In this document: piece by piece, positions 54,046 to 64,000 of the stretch
How positions within the stretch are numbered: the stretch's first letter is position 1
Layout: every line of letters starts with the position of its first letter
DNA from: Moraxellaceae bacterium
GTDB taxonomy: Bacteria; Pseudomonadota; Gammaproteobacteria; Pseudomonadales; Moraxellaceae
Length of the DNA: 64,000 nucleotides
Reading direction: 5' to 3'
NCBI GenBank assembly: GCA_041855445.1
Contig: JBHAEG010000067.1
Location: 283 to 64,282 of the forward strand
The notes under the pieces: generated by a model
Database searches by the model: none
The model's input: the letters and a program-made list of their open reading frames with translations, nothing else
What the model was told of the DNA's origin: nothing
Translations under genes and position numbers: made by a program

Positions 54046-54960
54046 ATGTCAAATAATGACTTTACCAAACAAACCAGCACCCTTGCAGATTGTGTTGGCA
54101 AAACACCACTGGTAAAACTTGCCCGATTTTCACCCAATAGTGCTACGATTTTGGCAAAACTTGAAGGTAATAATCCTGCAGGCTCCGTAAAAGACCGTCC
54201 AGCATTTAACATGATTTATCAAGCAGAGCAACGAGGACAAATCAAAGCAGGTGATACACTCATCGAAGCAACCAGCGGTAACACAGGAATTGCATTAGCG
54301 ATGGTCGCAGCAATGCGTGGCTATCGTATGATTTTATTAATGCCAACTAACTCAACTCAAGAACGTAAAGATGCGATGCAAGCCTATGGAGCAACGTTAA
54401 TTGAAGTTGATGAAGGTATCGAAAAAGCTCGAGATATGGCGTTACAAATGCAAGCTGAAGGTAAAGGCATTGTACTTGACCAATTTAACAACGCTGATAA
54501 TAAACAAGCTCACTATCTGACCACAGGACCAGAAATTTGGCAACAAACAGAAGGCAAAATTACCCATTTTATCAGTTCAATGGGAACAACTGGTACCATT
54601 ATGGGCGTGGCAAAATATTTAAAAGAAAAAAATCCAGATATTCAAATTATTGGTTTACAACCTGATGAAACATCTGCCATTGCAGGTATTCGCCGTTGGC
54701 CAGCAGGTTATATGCCAGGTATTTTTGATGGAGCATTGGTGGATACCATCTTAGATGTCAATCAAACTACTGCCGAAATTTATATGCGAAAGCTCGCTAA
54801 ACAAGAAGGCGTATTTTGTGGTGTATCATCAGGGGCGGCAGCATGGGCAAGCGAACAAATCGCAAAAGAAAATCCTGATGCGGTGATTGTATTTATTGTC
54901 TGTGACCGAGGCGACCGCTACTTATCAACGGGATTATTTGGTATTAAAGATTTGATATAA
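54046..54960 (+). CDS. cysM: Cysteine synthase B
   Basis: KLEGNNPAGSVKDR, EATSGNTG, SMGTTGT, GIRRW, CDRGDRYLS. Confidence 0.93.
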   Translation: MSNNDFTKQTSTLADCVGKTPLVKLARFSPNSATILAKLEGNNPAGSVKDRPAFNMIYQAEQRGQIKAGDTLIEATSGNTGIALAMVAAMRGYRMILLMPTNSTQERKDAMQAYGATLIEVDEGIEKARDMALQMQAEGKGIVLDQFNNADNKQAHYLTTGPEIWQQTEGKITHFISSMGTTGTIMGVAKYLKEKNPDIQIIGLQPDETSAIAGIRRWPAGYMPGIFDGALVDTILDVNQTTAEIYMRKLAKQEGVFCGVSSGAAAWASEQIAKENPDAVIVFIVCDRGDRYLSTGLFGIKDLI

Positions 54961-54970
54961 GGATAGAAAT

Positions 54971-55762
54971 ATGAGTGTGCCTATTTTGGTATTTGATATT
55001 GAAACTGTTCCTGATGTTGCAACGGGCAAACGGCTATATCCTGAAATAGCCACCTTGCCAGATGAGCAAGCTTTGACTGCATTAATTGCCCTACGAGAGC
55101 AAGAAGCCAACACACCATTTATGCGATTACCTTTACATAAAATTGCTTGCTTATCAATGTTGTGGGTAGATAATGGTAATTTAACTTTAAAATCTTTTTC
55201 TTTAGATACTTATAGTGAAATGGAAATTTTATCCAAATTTTTTGGTATTTTTGAAAAAGGTAGATTACCTAATTTAGTTAGCTGGAATGGCTCACGTTTT
55301 GATATTCCTGTGATGTTATATCGTGCTATTCATCATAAACTTGTAGCCCCACATTTTTTAGATGAAACATCTAGCAATGAAAAACGTTATAACAATTATC
55401 TAGGACGTTATCATGCTCGTCATTTAGATTTGATGGACAAAATGTCATTGTATGGCACATCACTACATCAGCCACTAGACGTTGTAGCGACATTGTGTGG
55501 TTTTGCAGGTAAGCAAGATTTAGACGGCTCACAAGTCGTAACACTGGTACAAAACAATGACTGGAAAACTTTAACCACTTATTGTGAAAGCGATGTATTA
55601 AATACTTGGCTTGTGTACTTGCGTTGGCAACGATTATCAGGTGGATTTTCACCAGAGTTAAGCGATAGCTGGGAAAAATTTACACGAGAATATTTGCAAC
55701 AGCTAACTGATGATACAAATGAAATACGCCATCAAAAATTTTTAGATGGCTGGCAAGCATAA
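54971..55762 (+). CDS. Predicted 3'-5' exonuclease (PolB-exonuclease-like, DEDD)
   Basis: FDIETVPD, WNGSRFDIP, HLDLMD, YCESDVLNT. Confidence 0.85.
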   Translation: MSVPILVFDIETVPDVATGKRLYPEIATLPDEQALTALIALREQEANTPFMRLPLHKIACLSMLWVDNGNLTLKSFSLDTYSEMEILSKFFGIFEKGRLPNLVSWNGSRFDIPVMLYRAIHHKLVAPHFLDETSSNEKRYNNYLGRYHARHLDLMDKMSLYGTSLHQPLDVVATLCGFAGKQDLDGSQVVTLVQNNDWKTLTTYCESDVLNTWLVYLRWQRLSGGFSPELSDSWEKFTREYLQQLTDDTNEIRHQKFLDGWQA

Positions 55763-55778
55763 TTTTTTATTAGAAAAA

Positions 55779-55803
55779 TTACCTATGCAATTAGCATAGG
55801 TAA
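55779..55803. terminator. Hairpin downstream of the exonuclease gene (terminator or operator)
   Basis: ttacctatgc-aatta-gcataggtaa perfect 10-bp stem; weak U-tail. Confidence 0.5.
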
Positions 55804-55959
55804 ACGATAATTAAACTATTTTACAAGAAAAAATATTATTTGAATTAATAAAACTTACACTAATAAGGTCACACATTTATTGATAGAAAAAAGATTTTTA
55901 TTTAGTTTTTTGTTAAAATAAAATGATAAAACACTAATAGGTTAGAGGAGTTATCAACA

Positions 55960-56601
55960 ATGAAAAATCTTACAAAGACAACATTACTTGCCACTGCGAT
56001 AGTTTTAGGTTCAGCAAATTTAACAGGTTGTGGTTATAACAAAATGGTTGCCCAAGATGAACAAGTAACAGCTGCATGGTCAGAAGTGGTCAATCAATAT
56101 CAACGCCGTGCTGACCTTATTCCAAACCTTGTTAAAGTCGTAGGACAATATGCCCAACATGAAAAACAAGTTTTTACTGAAGTCGCTCAAGCCCGTGCTG
56201 CTGCAGGTTCGGTACAAGTCACCCCTGAAGTATTAAACGACCCTGCCCAATTTGAAAAATATCAAAAAGCCCAAGACCAATTAGGCGGTGCATTATCTCG
56301 CTTAATGATGATTTCAGAAAACTATCCACAACTAAAAGCAGATAAACAGTTTCAGGATTTACAGGCTCAGCTAGAAGGGACAGAAAATCGCATTACTGTT
56401 GCTCGAAAACGTTATATTGAACAAGTTCAAGATTACAACACCGTTGTTCGCCAGTTTCCAACTAACATCACCGCTAAAGTGTTTGGCTTAAAAGTAAAAC
56501 CAAACTTTAGCGTAGGAAATGAAGCACAAATTTCAGTTGCTCCAACGGTTGATTTTGGTAATACGGGCAATAGCCAATCGGCAACTGCTACCGCTCAATA
56601 A
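55960..56601 (+). CDS. lemA: LemA family protein
   Basis: LTGCGYN, YQRRADLIPNLV, ENYPQLKA, LEGTENRI.VARKRY. Confidence 0.93.
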   Translation: MKNLTKTTLLATAIVLGSANLTGCGYNKMVAQDEQVTAAWSEVVNQYQRRADLIPNLVKVVGQYAQHEKQVFTEVAQARAAAGSVQVTPEVLNDPAQFEKYQKAQDQLGGALSRLMMISENYPQLKADKQFQDLQAQLEGTENRITVARKRYIEQVQDYNTVVRQFPTNITAKVFGLKVKPNFSVGNEAQISVAPTVDFGNTGNSQSATATAQ

Positions 56602-56660
56602 TTTATTATTTGTTTAATAAGTAATAAATAATAATTACGAATTATGAGTAAGGGGGCTGT

Positions 56661-57692
56661 ATGCTTTGGAAAAAGCCAAAAAAAATTAGTTGGATATTCG
56701 CCAGTTATCTAATCGTAAGTTTAGCCATCTTAGGATTATCAGGAAAGCTATTTGCTGAAACGGCGACAGCAACGGCAACAGATGATGCGATTGCTGTTGT
56801 CAGTGCTGGCCAACAGCTCTCAAATAGTACGTCAGCAACTCAGAATACCAGCTCAAATTCGTCTGTACAAACTCGTCAATCAACACAGGCAGGCGTTGAA
56901 GTTAATCAATTAATTTTAAACAATCCTGTCATTGACCAAGCCAAAATTTTAACAGCTCAAGAAAAACAAACATTAGAGCAAAAAATTCGGGCAATTCATC
57001 AACGAGGTTTAGCTCAAATTGCGATTGTCATCGTATCAACAACCAATGGTGAGGATATTTTTGACTATTCCATGCAAATTGCTGACAAATGGAAATTAGG
57101 TAAACAAGGTGTTGATAACGGTTTATTAATCACCGTTGCGGTAAATGACCGTAATATGTATATTTTAACGGGTTATGGCTTAGAAGGTATCATTCCCGAT
57201 GCTATTGCAAAACGAATTATTGAAGATGATATTTTACCTTATTTTAAACAAAATGATTATTCAGGTGGACTTGAAGTAGGGTTAAATCGTATTGAAGAAC
57301 GATTGACCACAGACCCAGAAGTCTTAGCTCAAAATGATGCTAACTATGAAGAAACACCTGAGGAACTATGGCCACTTGTTATTGTTTTGCTGATTGCACT
57401 GATTTTAAATGCTATTTTATTTAGGGGGTTAAAGCTTGGACAATTTAAACGGGCAACCATTTGTTCAGTATGGACATTCATTGGTAATTTAGTCGTCACA
57501 GGTGATGTCATTTTTAGCTTAGCTGTAGCAGGTTTTTTATGGTTAGCGATACTGATTGGCTTGATTAATCTTTTATCACTGATATTGAACAGCTCTTCAG
57601 GTGGTGGAGGCGGTGGTGGTTACAGTGGCGGTGGTGGTTACAGCGGTGGAGGCGGTGGCTTTGGTGGCGGTGGTGCAGGTGGCTCTTGGTAA
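56661..57692 (+). CDS. TPM domain protein (YgcG-like) with Gly-rich tail
   Basis: VIDQAKIL, WKLGKQGVDNGLL, GYGLEG, GGGFGGGGAGGSW terminus. Confidence 0.9.
   Translation: MLWKKPKKISWIFASYLIVSLAILGLSGKLFAETATATATDDAIAVVSAGQQLSNSTSATQNTSSNSSVQTRQSTQAGVEVNQLILNNPVIDQAKILTAQEKQTLEQKIRAIHQRGLAQIAIVIVSTTNGEDIFDYSMQIADKWKLGKQGVDNGLLITVAVNDRNMYILTGYGLEGIIPDAIAKRIIEDDILPYFKQNDYSGGLEVGLNRIEERLTTDPEVLAQNDANYEETPEELWPLVIVLLIALILNAILFRGLKLGQFKRATICSVWTFIGNLVVTGDVIFSLAVAGFLWLAILIGLINLLSLILNSSSGGGGGGGYSGGGGYSGGGGGFGGGGAGGSW
57600..57689 (+). repeat. Gly-codon low-complexity repeat
   Basis: ggcggtggtggttacagt/ggcggtggtggttacagc 18-bp duplication within a GGY-rich tail. Confidence 0.7.
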
Positions 57693-57707
57693 TGGATAAA
57701 TAAAGGA

Positions 57708-58274
57708 ATGTATAACATGACACAGATAAGCACTGCAAAAAATTCGCCAGCATCAAATGTACACTCTGGTTCGACCAGTTGGGCAAGATGGTACAGACAA
57801 TGGTTTTTTATCCCATTTTTGCATAATCGTTGGCTAACCAAACAAGCTTGTCAAGAATTAACCCAAGCTATCAAACAGGCAGAGCTTGGGCATCGTGGCG
57901 AGGTGTTTTTAGTGATAGAAAATACTTTGCCATTATCATCAGCCTATTATCAGGATTGCCGAGAACGAGCTATTGATTTATTTGGACAATATCGGGTGTG
58001 GGATACGGAAGAGAACACAGGCGTGTTAGTTTATATGAATGTACGAGAGCGTAAACTTGAAATCGTAGCGGATAGAGGGATTAATAAACAAGTCATACCA
58101 GAAATGTGGCAGGCAATGTGTGACAAAGCAATCGCAGGTATTCAGCAAAATAAACCTATTGATAGTTTAAAAGAGTTATTACATGATATTAGTGATTTAT
58201 TAAAACAATATTATCAATTAGGTAAAGACCCTAGCGGAAATGAATTGCCCGATAATGTCGTCTATATTAAATAA
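57708..58274 (+). CDS. TPM domain protein (second, short type)
   Basis: AELGHRGEV, RAIDLFGQYRVWDTEENTGVL, IVADRGI, NELPD. Confidence 0.88.
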   Translation: MYNMTQISTAKNSPASNVHSGSTSWARWYRQWFFIPFLHNRWLTKQACQELTQAIKQAELGHRGEVFLVIENTLPLSSAYYQDCRERAIDLFGQYRVWDTEENTGVLVYMNVRERKLEIVADRGINKQVIPEMWQAMCDKAIAGIQQNKPIDSLKELLHDISDLLKQYYQLGKDPSGNELPDNVVYIK

Positions 58275-58294
58275 ATTATTTAAAATTTGTTTAT

Positions 58295-58320
58295 AAAACC
58301 ACTGTTTTTCAAGTGGTTTT
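58295..58320 (+). terminator. Intrinsic terminator after the lemA-TPM operon
   Basis: aaaaccact-gtttttca-agtggtttt followed by T-run. Confidence 0.8.
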
Positions 58321-58583
58321 TTTATGACTCAAACAATAATAATTGATAAATATTTATAAAGATATTTTAAAAAAATATAGCTGTGATAAAAAGTCATCAA
58401 CATAATCATGTTAAAACAGATGGCTAGAAACAAGAAATGATGGTGGTATATAGTGTTTTTTATTGATTTGATAATTTGCAAAAACTAGATGTTTATTTAC
58501 AGTAAAAATTTATCCATTAGACGGCGACTTTATGATATATTGAAAGTGGCTATTTTCTTTTACTTAACCTGATAAAAATCCCT

Positions 58584-61334
58584 ATGCGTTATCATACCAC
58601 TCAACAAATAAACACGTTATTATATTACCTGAAAACAAGGCAACAACCGCCTTTTGCTATACTTTTTTATAAAAATTTAATAAAAATAAACTTTGACTAT
58701 ACTAAAAATAGTATCGTGCATTTAAATCATTTTTTCCAGATATTAGCCAGTAAAAATTATACGCAACAACAACTACTTGCACAAACAGGGGGGAGTAATT
58801 TTTTCTTAGCATTAGCAGGATATTTGGGAGATTATTTAGCGATTACCACAGGTCATGATATTATTTGGTTAAATTATCAAGAAAGCCTTGAAGAATTTGA
58901 ACAGCAAAATCAACAAAGTTTTAACAATGCCATTACTGCTAGAATTGGTGAAACATTTTTTTTTCAACCGCTACAGATTATCTGGGAAAATTTACAAGGT
59001 CGCCAGTCATTAGAAACTTGCATTGAACAATGTCAGCAACAGATTTTTGCCAGTTCTACGATTAATGTTTTTTCTGACCCAAATGATGTTTGTCAAACTT
59101 ATTTGGAAAAAGTAAAAACAGGTAAACTATTGGATACAACCATTGGTTTTTTTGAGCAATTACAACATTTGACATTTGACTATAGCGAAAAAAGTTTATA
59201 TGAAATTGATACGATTTTAACTAAAATTAAGCAAAAATATCAGCTGACACCACAACATTATGACCGTATTATTCGACAAGCAACTTATCAAAGTTTTTGT
59301 TATTTATTAGGATTTTATATAGGTATTACCAGTGCTAAACTTGCAAATACAGCGGTTAAATGGGCAAGTTATGAACAAATGCAACCGTTACTTGATGACC
59401 CAAATTTTGTACGGTGTATAGAGTATAGCTTTGTTTTATTAATGGAAAATAATTATCGCACGCCAATTTTGGTAATTACCAATCATTTATTTGATATTAC
59501 GGCAGAGTATACAAAAAGTGTCGTTGAGTTTGCTCAAATTATGCAAACAGAAAATCAAAGCGTTTTTCATATTTTTCCTAAAAAAATCACTACAAAAACA
59601 ACGGCTTTACCAAAAGCATGGCAACTGGCGATGCAAGGAGCAGGCGAGCTTTTAGCAAAACAAGTGTTAAATTTGGCGAATGATGGAGAAGTGAAACCTT
59701 GTTTATTTGAGGCAAAACCAACGACTTTATCTGATAATATTGGACAAATTTCATTAATTCCTTTAGCTGATGCAGATAGAGCCATTGATAATTTATATCA
59801 ACAATTAGCCAATAATCCAAAAAATTTACCATTTCTGATTGGTTGTTTTGATATGTATGCCAATTTGCCAGTTGGTCGATTTGATGGTGTTGTGGTAGAA
59901 ATTCGAGTTTATCAACCTGAGTTAATGTTACAGTTAATTTTGCCTTATCGTTCGGCTATGGATAGTAGAGGATTTGCGATATATCCTTTGGTGAGTAATC
60001 AACAACAGTTACCCAATGAAATTGATGAGTTAATTGATAAATTATATCGATTTTTAGTAAATTATTCACCATCGCTTAATCAGCAAAATTTTTGGAAAAA
60101 TTATTATGTTGATAGCTTTGATAGATGGGCATTGACACCTATTCAGCAGTTAGAAAATAAAACTTTAGTAAAAAACATTACTTTGTCAATTTTACCTGAA
60201 GACTCAGTGCAAATAATTAATCATTCAGAGCCAGTTATTCAAAAAGATTTTACATCGGATACGACTTTTTCACAGCCAGTTTTGATACCGCCTGAATTTG
60301 ATTATTCGTCTATTTCTTGGCAAACATTTAGCCTTGCAACAACAATTTATCGTTTACCAACGCATTATCGTAGTTATTTACAAGTTACCATGCCCAATGG
60401 TCTAGCAACAGATGAACTGTTTAGTCAAGTTGAGGCGATGGCGACCTTGTATCGCAAGGGGCATGTCGTTTGGGGGGTAATTATTCAGGCAAAAGCTAAA
60501 TTATTTCAGCCATTAACGATTAGCCATGAACCACAAGATTATCGAGATAATATTGGTGATGTATTGTATGATGTGACGGGCAGGGCGAGTATTGCTGAGT
60601 TACAAGAGATAGCAGAACAATTAAGCCATTTAAAAAATAGTGATTATCAATCTTTACCAATTGACCAGCAATTATATGCTAATCATTTACAAGATAATCA
60701 TTCTCGACTATTTGGTTTGGCATGTCCAAAAAGTTTGACAGAAAAGAATTTTCGTATTAGTAGTTTATGGGTATGGCGACAGCATTTGCCATGTGGACTG
60801 TTAGCGGATAAAGTGTTGCCAATCGTGGTGTGTCATGATAATCAAAAATTTGCAGGTCAAGGACGAGTCATGATATTGCCTGCTTATTTTTGGCAACGGC
60901 CATTATATCAATATTGGTTAGATACAATTCGTGTTAAATTTAACATTTTTAATGATTTTTATCAGATTGATGAAGTGGTAAATGCTCAGGCAAATAGTAT
61001 GCAGGAATATCGTACATTTCCCAAATTAAAACAATTATTTGCAACTGAAACCACTCAGACTAGCAATATTCAAAATGTCAATGATAAGCCTCAAAATACA
61101 TTGCCTGATGTTCATGTAACATCTTTAGTGCCAGAATTGGTTTCTTCTAAACAAATATCTGTTTTTAATAGAGATGAATTGCAAGAAAAATTATTACAAG
61201 ACCATCAACGATTAACACAACAATTCTCCACTTCTAATAAAAGCCAGCAAAAGAAGTGGTTTGTTATTGGTGGATTAAGTTTAATGGTTTTATTGAGTGC
61301 CAGTTTATTGGTATTATTGATGCGACAAGGCTAA
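58584..61334 (+). CDS. Hypothetical multidomain protein, 916 aa, C-terminal TM anchor
   Basis: Uninterrupted ORF; internal duplicated FDY(T/S)xxS..GYLG/FYIG..W domain; terminal KKWFVIGGLSLMVLLSASLLVLL. Confidence 0.8.
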   Translation: MRYHTTQQINTLLYYLKTRQQPPFAILFYKNLIKINFDYTKNSIVHLNHFFQILASKNYTQQQLLAQTGGSNFFLALAGYLGDYLAITTGHDIIWLNYQESLEEFEQQNQQSFNNAITARIGETFFFQPLQIIWENLQGRQSLETCIEQCQQQIFASSTINVFSDPNDVCQTYLEKVKTGKLLDTTIGFFEQLQHLTFDYSEKSLYEIDTILTKIKQKYQLTPQHYDRIIRQATYQSFCYLLGFYIGITSAKLANTAVKWASYEQMQPLLDDPNFVRCIEYSFVLLMENNYRTPILVITNHLFDITAEYTKSVVEFAQIMQTENQSVFHIFPKKITTKTTALPKAWQLAMQGAGELLAKQVLNLANDGEVKPCLFEAKPTTLSDNIGQISLIPLADADRAIDNLYQQLANNPKNLPFLIGCFDMYANLPVGRFDGVVVEIRVYQPELMLQLILPYRSAMDSRGFAIYPLVSNQQQLPNEIDELIDKLYRFLVNYSPSLNQQNFWKNYYVDSFDRWALTPIQQLENKTLVKNITLSILPEDSVQIINHSEPVIQKDFTSDTTFSQPVLIPPEFDYSSISWQTFSLATTIYRLPTHYRSYLQVTMPNGLATDELFSQVEAMATLYRKGHVVWGVIIQAKAKLFQPLTISHEPQDYRDNIGDVLYDVTGRASIAELQEIAEQLSHLKNSDYQSLPIDQQLYANHLQDNHSRLFGLACPKSLTEKNFRISSLWVWRQHLPCGLLADKVLPIVVCHDNQKFAGQGRVMILPAYFWQRPLYQYWLDTIRVKFNIFNDFYQIDEVVNAQANSMQEYRTFPKLKQLFATETTQTSNIQNVNDKPQNTLPDVHVTSLVPELVSSKQISVFNRDELQEKLLQDHQRLTQQFSTSNKSQQKKWFVIGGLSLMVLLSASLLVLLMRQG

Positions 61335-61522
61335 AAATTTATAGGTTTTATGGTAAGTTATGGAATGTAATAAAAGGTATTATTTTCAGATAAGACTTGA
61401 TATTTTTGCTAGGATTTTTTGATAAACTATTTCATAATAGACTGATAAAAAATAACGGTTTATTGTATTGCTAGTATATTCGTTTTCGCATCAAATTCTA
61501 GCTCTTTCACTGAGATAACATC

Positions 61523-62620
61523 ATGATAATATCTTTCACCAAAGAAAATGTGTTACAGCGTTTATTGGCATTAACACTTTTTGTCGGTTTAGCGTTGTTA
61601 TGTTTTCAGGTGGTGAGATTTTTTATTGTACCTGCGTTATGGGCAGCGATTATTGCTTATGTGACTTGGCCTGTCTATCGGTTTTTACATAATAAAATTC
61701 ATTTAAGCACAAGTTTAAGTGCATTAATTATGACCCTTGCTATCATTTTGATTATTGGTGTTCCCATGGGGATTGCATTGGTTATTTTGCAAGAAGAGGC
61801 ATTGAGTTTATATACAACGGTGCTACATCGATTAAAAAGTGGTTATTTAGATTTACCCGATGCGATAAAAAATTTGCCTGTGGTTGGCCAACAAATTAAA
61901 GATACATTATGGGAGCTGAATAAAGACCCTGAAGGTACAATGAATGCGATTAAAGCATGGATACAATCGCATTTGTCCTATGGCAAACAAATCATGGATG
62001 TGGCAATGACAGGCCTAGCAAAAATGGGCATGGCAATGATGACGTTATTTTTCTTTTATCGTGATGGCGTAAGTTTAGTTGTACAAATTCGATTGGCATT
62101 GCGAAATATTATTGGTAATCGAATTGATGGCTATATTGATTCGGTCGGGGAAACGACACAAGCAGTTGTCTATGGTATTGGCTTGACGGCGTTAGTTCAG
62201 GCATTATTAGCAGGATTGGGGTACTGGATAGCTGGTGCTCCTAATCCGATTTTATTAACTTTAGTAACTTTTATTATTGCATTAATTCCTTTTGGTACGC
62301 CATTTGCGTGGGGCGGAGTGGCGGTTTGGCTATTTACTCAAGGGCAAGTCACAGAAGCTGTTGGCTTGGCAGTGTGGGGCGGTTTGGTAGTCAGTTGGGT
62401 GGATAATTTAATTCGTCCAATGGTGATTAGTGGGGCAACAGAAATTCCATTTATTATTATTTTTATTGGGGTTTTAGGTGGTCTAACGGCATTTGGGTTT
62501 GTGGGGATGTTTATTGGGCCTGTGGTGTTGGCAATTGGGCTGGCTGTTTGGCGAGAATGGATTTCGCATCATCGTGAAGTTTTACAGGGCATTACTTCTG
62601 TAGAAAGTCAAAATTCTTAA
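61523..62620 (+). CDS. AI-2E family transporter
   Basis: ALWAAIIAYVTWP, FFFYRDG, IPFGTP, VDNLIRP, GVLGG..AFGFVG.FIGP. Confidence 0.9.
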   Translation: MIISFTKENVLQRLLALTLFVGLALLCFQVVRFFIVPALWAAIIAYVTWPVYRFLHNKIHLSTSLSALIMTLAIILIIGVPMGIALVILQEEALSLYTTVLHRLKSGYLDLPDAIKNLPVVGQQIKDTLWELNKDPEGTMNAIKAWIQSHLSYGKQIMDVAMTGLAKMGMAMMTLFFFYRDGVSLVVQIRLALRNIIGNRIDGYIDSVGETTQAVVYGIGLTALVQALLAGLGYWIAGAPNPILLTLVTFIIALIPFGTPFAWGGVAVWLFTQGQVTEAVGLAVWGGLVVSWVDNLIRPMVISGATEIPFIIIFIGVLGGLTAFGFVGMFIGPVVLAIGLAVWREWISHHREVLQGITSVESQNS

Positions 62621-62764
62621 AAATTTTTCTGTTAAACCCTAAAAACTTTCCTTTTAGATTAAATCTATTGATTTTATTGAGTTTTGCTATTATAAAGTAA
62701 TTTGGGTGAGAATAATTGTTATTAAAAAAGCTTAATTTGATATATTGTAAAGAAAGGGTATACA

Positions 62765-63868
62765 ATGAAAATAATTGCAGATAGTAATTTTGCTTATGTC
62801 GAAAAGTTTTTTAATGAGCAAAGTTTGGGCAGACCTGTTGAAATGATTTGTTTAGCAGGGCGTGATATTACCGCCGATGTGCTAGACACTTATCAGCCAG
62901 AGGTATTGTTAATACGTTCCGTTACACCTATTAATCAACAATTATTAGATAATAATACCAGTGTTAAGTTTATTGGCTCGGCAACGATTGGAATTGACCA
63001 TGTTGATGTTGATTATTTAATTCGGCGAGGTATTCGCTTTGCCAATGCGATGGGTTGCAGTAAACATTCAGTGGCTCAATATGTCGTTTCAGGCATTTTA
63101 GCGTTACGTCCAGATTATATTTTTCAGCCAATTCAGCTAGGGATTATTGGGCTGGGTAATATTGGTAGTACACTGGCTCAATATGCAGTAACATTGGGCT
63201 GGCAAGTGTTGGGTTATGACCCGTTAAAGCCTCGTTCAGTGACGAATAATTCTAGTTTAGAAACGGTATTGTCAGAAAGTAATGTTGTCAGTTTTCATGT
63301 GCCATTAACTTATCCAAAAAATAGCTCATATCCAACACATTTTGACTATTTAATGACAAAACAACGTTGGCAACAACTTTCAAACACAGCGATTGTGGTT
63401 AATACTTCTCGTGGGGGTGTGTTAAAACGTGATGATATTATCGCAAGTCCAAATGTTGCAATTCTTGATGTGTTTGAAAATGAACCAAATATTGATAAGC
63501 AGTTATTAGATTGTGTCAGTATTGCTACGCCACATATTGCAGGTTACACCTTAGAAGGTCGTTTGCGTGGGGCCCAGATGATTTATCAGGCATTATGTCA
63601 ATTTTTAAAAGTATCACCAGTAGTTGATTTTCATGACTTTTTGCCAAAAGAAATAGCACTATTTGATAAGTTACATAATCCACTAAATGAGCAGGAACGT
63701 CAAAAAATGTTAAATCGTTTACCGATGATGTATGATATTCGGGCAGACGACCAGCGTTTACGTCAAGTGGCAACAAAAACGGGAGTTATCGGTACCGACT
63801 TTGACCGTTTACGCAAAGAATACCCATTACGCCGAGAGTGGCAAGCTTATTTTTCTGAACGTTGGTAA
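62765..63868 (+). CDS. pdxB: 4-phosphoerythronate dehydrogenase
   Basis: [51 protein letters not shown]. Confidence 0.92.
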   Translation: MKIIADSNFAYVEKFFNEQSLGRPVEMICLAGRDITADVLDTYQPEVLLIRSVTPINQQLLDNNTSVKFIGSATIGIDHVDVDYLIRRGIRFANAMGCSKHSVAQYVVSGILALRPDYIFQPIQLGIIGLGNIGSTLAQYAVTLGWQVLGYDPLKPRSVTNNSSLETVLSESNVVSFHVPLTYPKNSSYPTHFDYLMTKQRWQQLSNTAIVVNTSRGGVLKRDDIIASPNVAILDVFENEPNIDKQLLDCVSIATPHIAGYTLEGRLRGAQMIYQALCQFLKVSPVVDFHDFLPKEIALFDKLHNPLNEQERQKMLNRLPMMYDIRADDQRLRQVATKTGVIGTDFDRLRKEYPLRREWQAYFSERW

Positions 63869-63873
63869 ACTTT

Positions 63874-64000
63874 ATGCAAAATAACACTTATCAACCAAGT
63901 TGTTCGCTTGAGATAGCACGCCAGCGAGCTAGATTGTATGCCAATATTCGTCAGTTTTTTGCCGAACGTGATGTGCTAGAGGTACAAACGCCCATCATGT
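63874..64000 (+). CDS. epmA: EF-P lysine aminoacylase EpmA (GenX/PoxA), 5' fragment running off the window
   Basis: Own translation [42 protein letters not shown] matches the EpmA N-terminus (P..S...L..RA....IR.FF..R..LEV.TP). Confidence 0.8.
   Translation, partial: MQNNTYQPSCSLEIARQRARLYANIRQFFAERDVLEVQTPIM

Overview
AT-rich, largely core-genome segment of a Moraxellaceae-type gammaproteobacterium. It is most Moraxella-like, inferred from the ccmCDE cytochrome c maturation genes, Acinetobacter/Moraxella-style gene order (pilBCD-coaE, tpiA-secG-tRNA-Leu, lptM-lysA-dapF-xerC, tusA-rpoH) and near-total GATC avoidance. It holds about 58 protein genes, one tRNA-Leu(GAG), several intrinsic terminators and one decayed IS200/IS605-family tnpB-only element whose right end and omegaRNA region are still recognisable. 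No CRISPR array, prophage or rRNA was seen. Most unusual items: (1) an FtsK that stops just before the gamma domain and lacks the canonical arginine finger; (2) a foreign-looking Zn-finger orphan gene inserted between the functionally linked trhP and yfhL genes; (3) an RpoH with a roughly 90-aa Asp-rich N-terminal extension; (4) a 916-aa membrane-anchored protein with an internally duplicated domain; (5) the tnpB relic. All annotation is by eye from motifs and recalled family knowledge; no searches were run.
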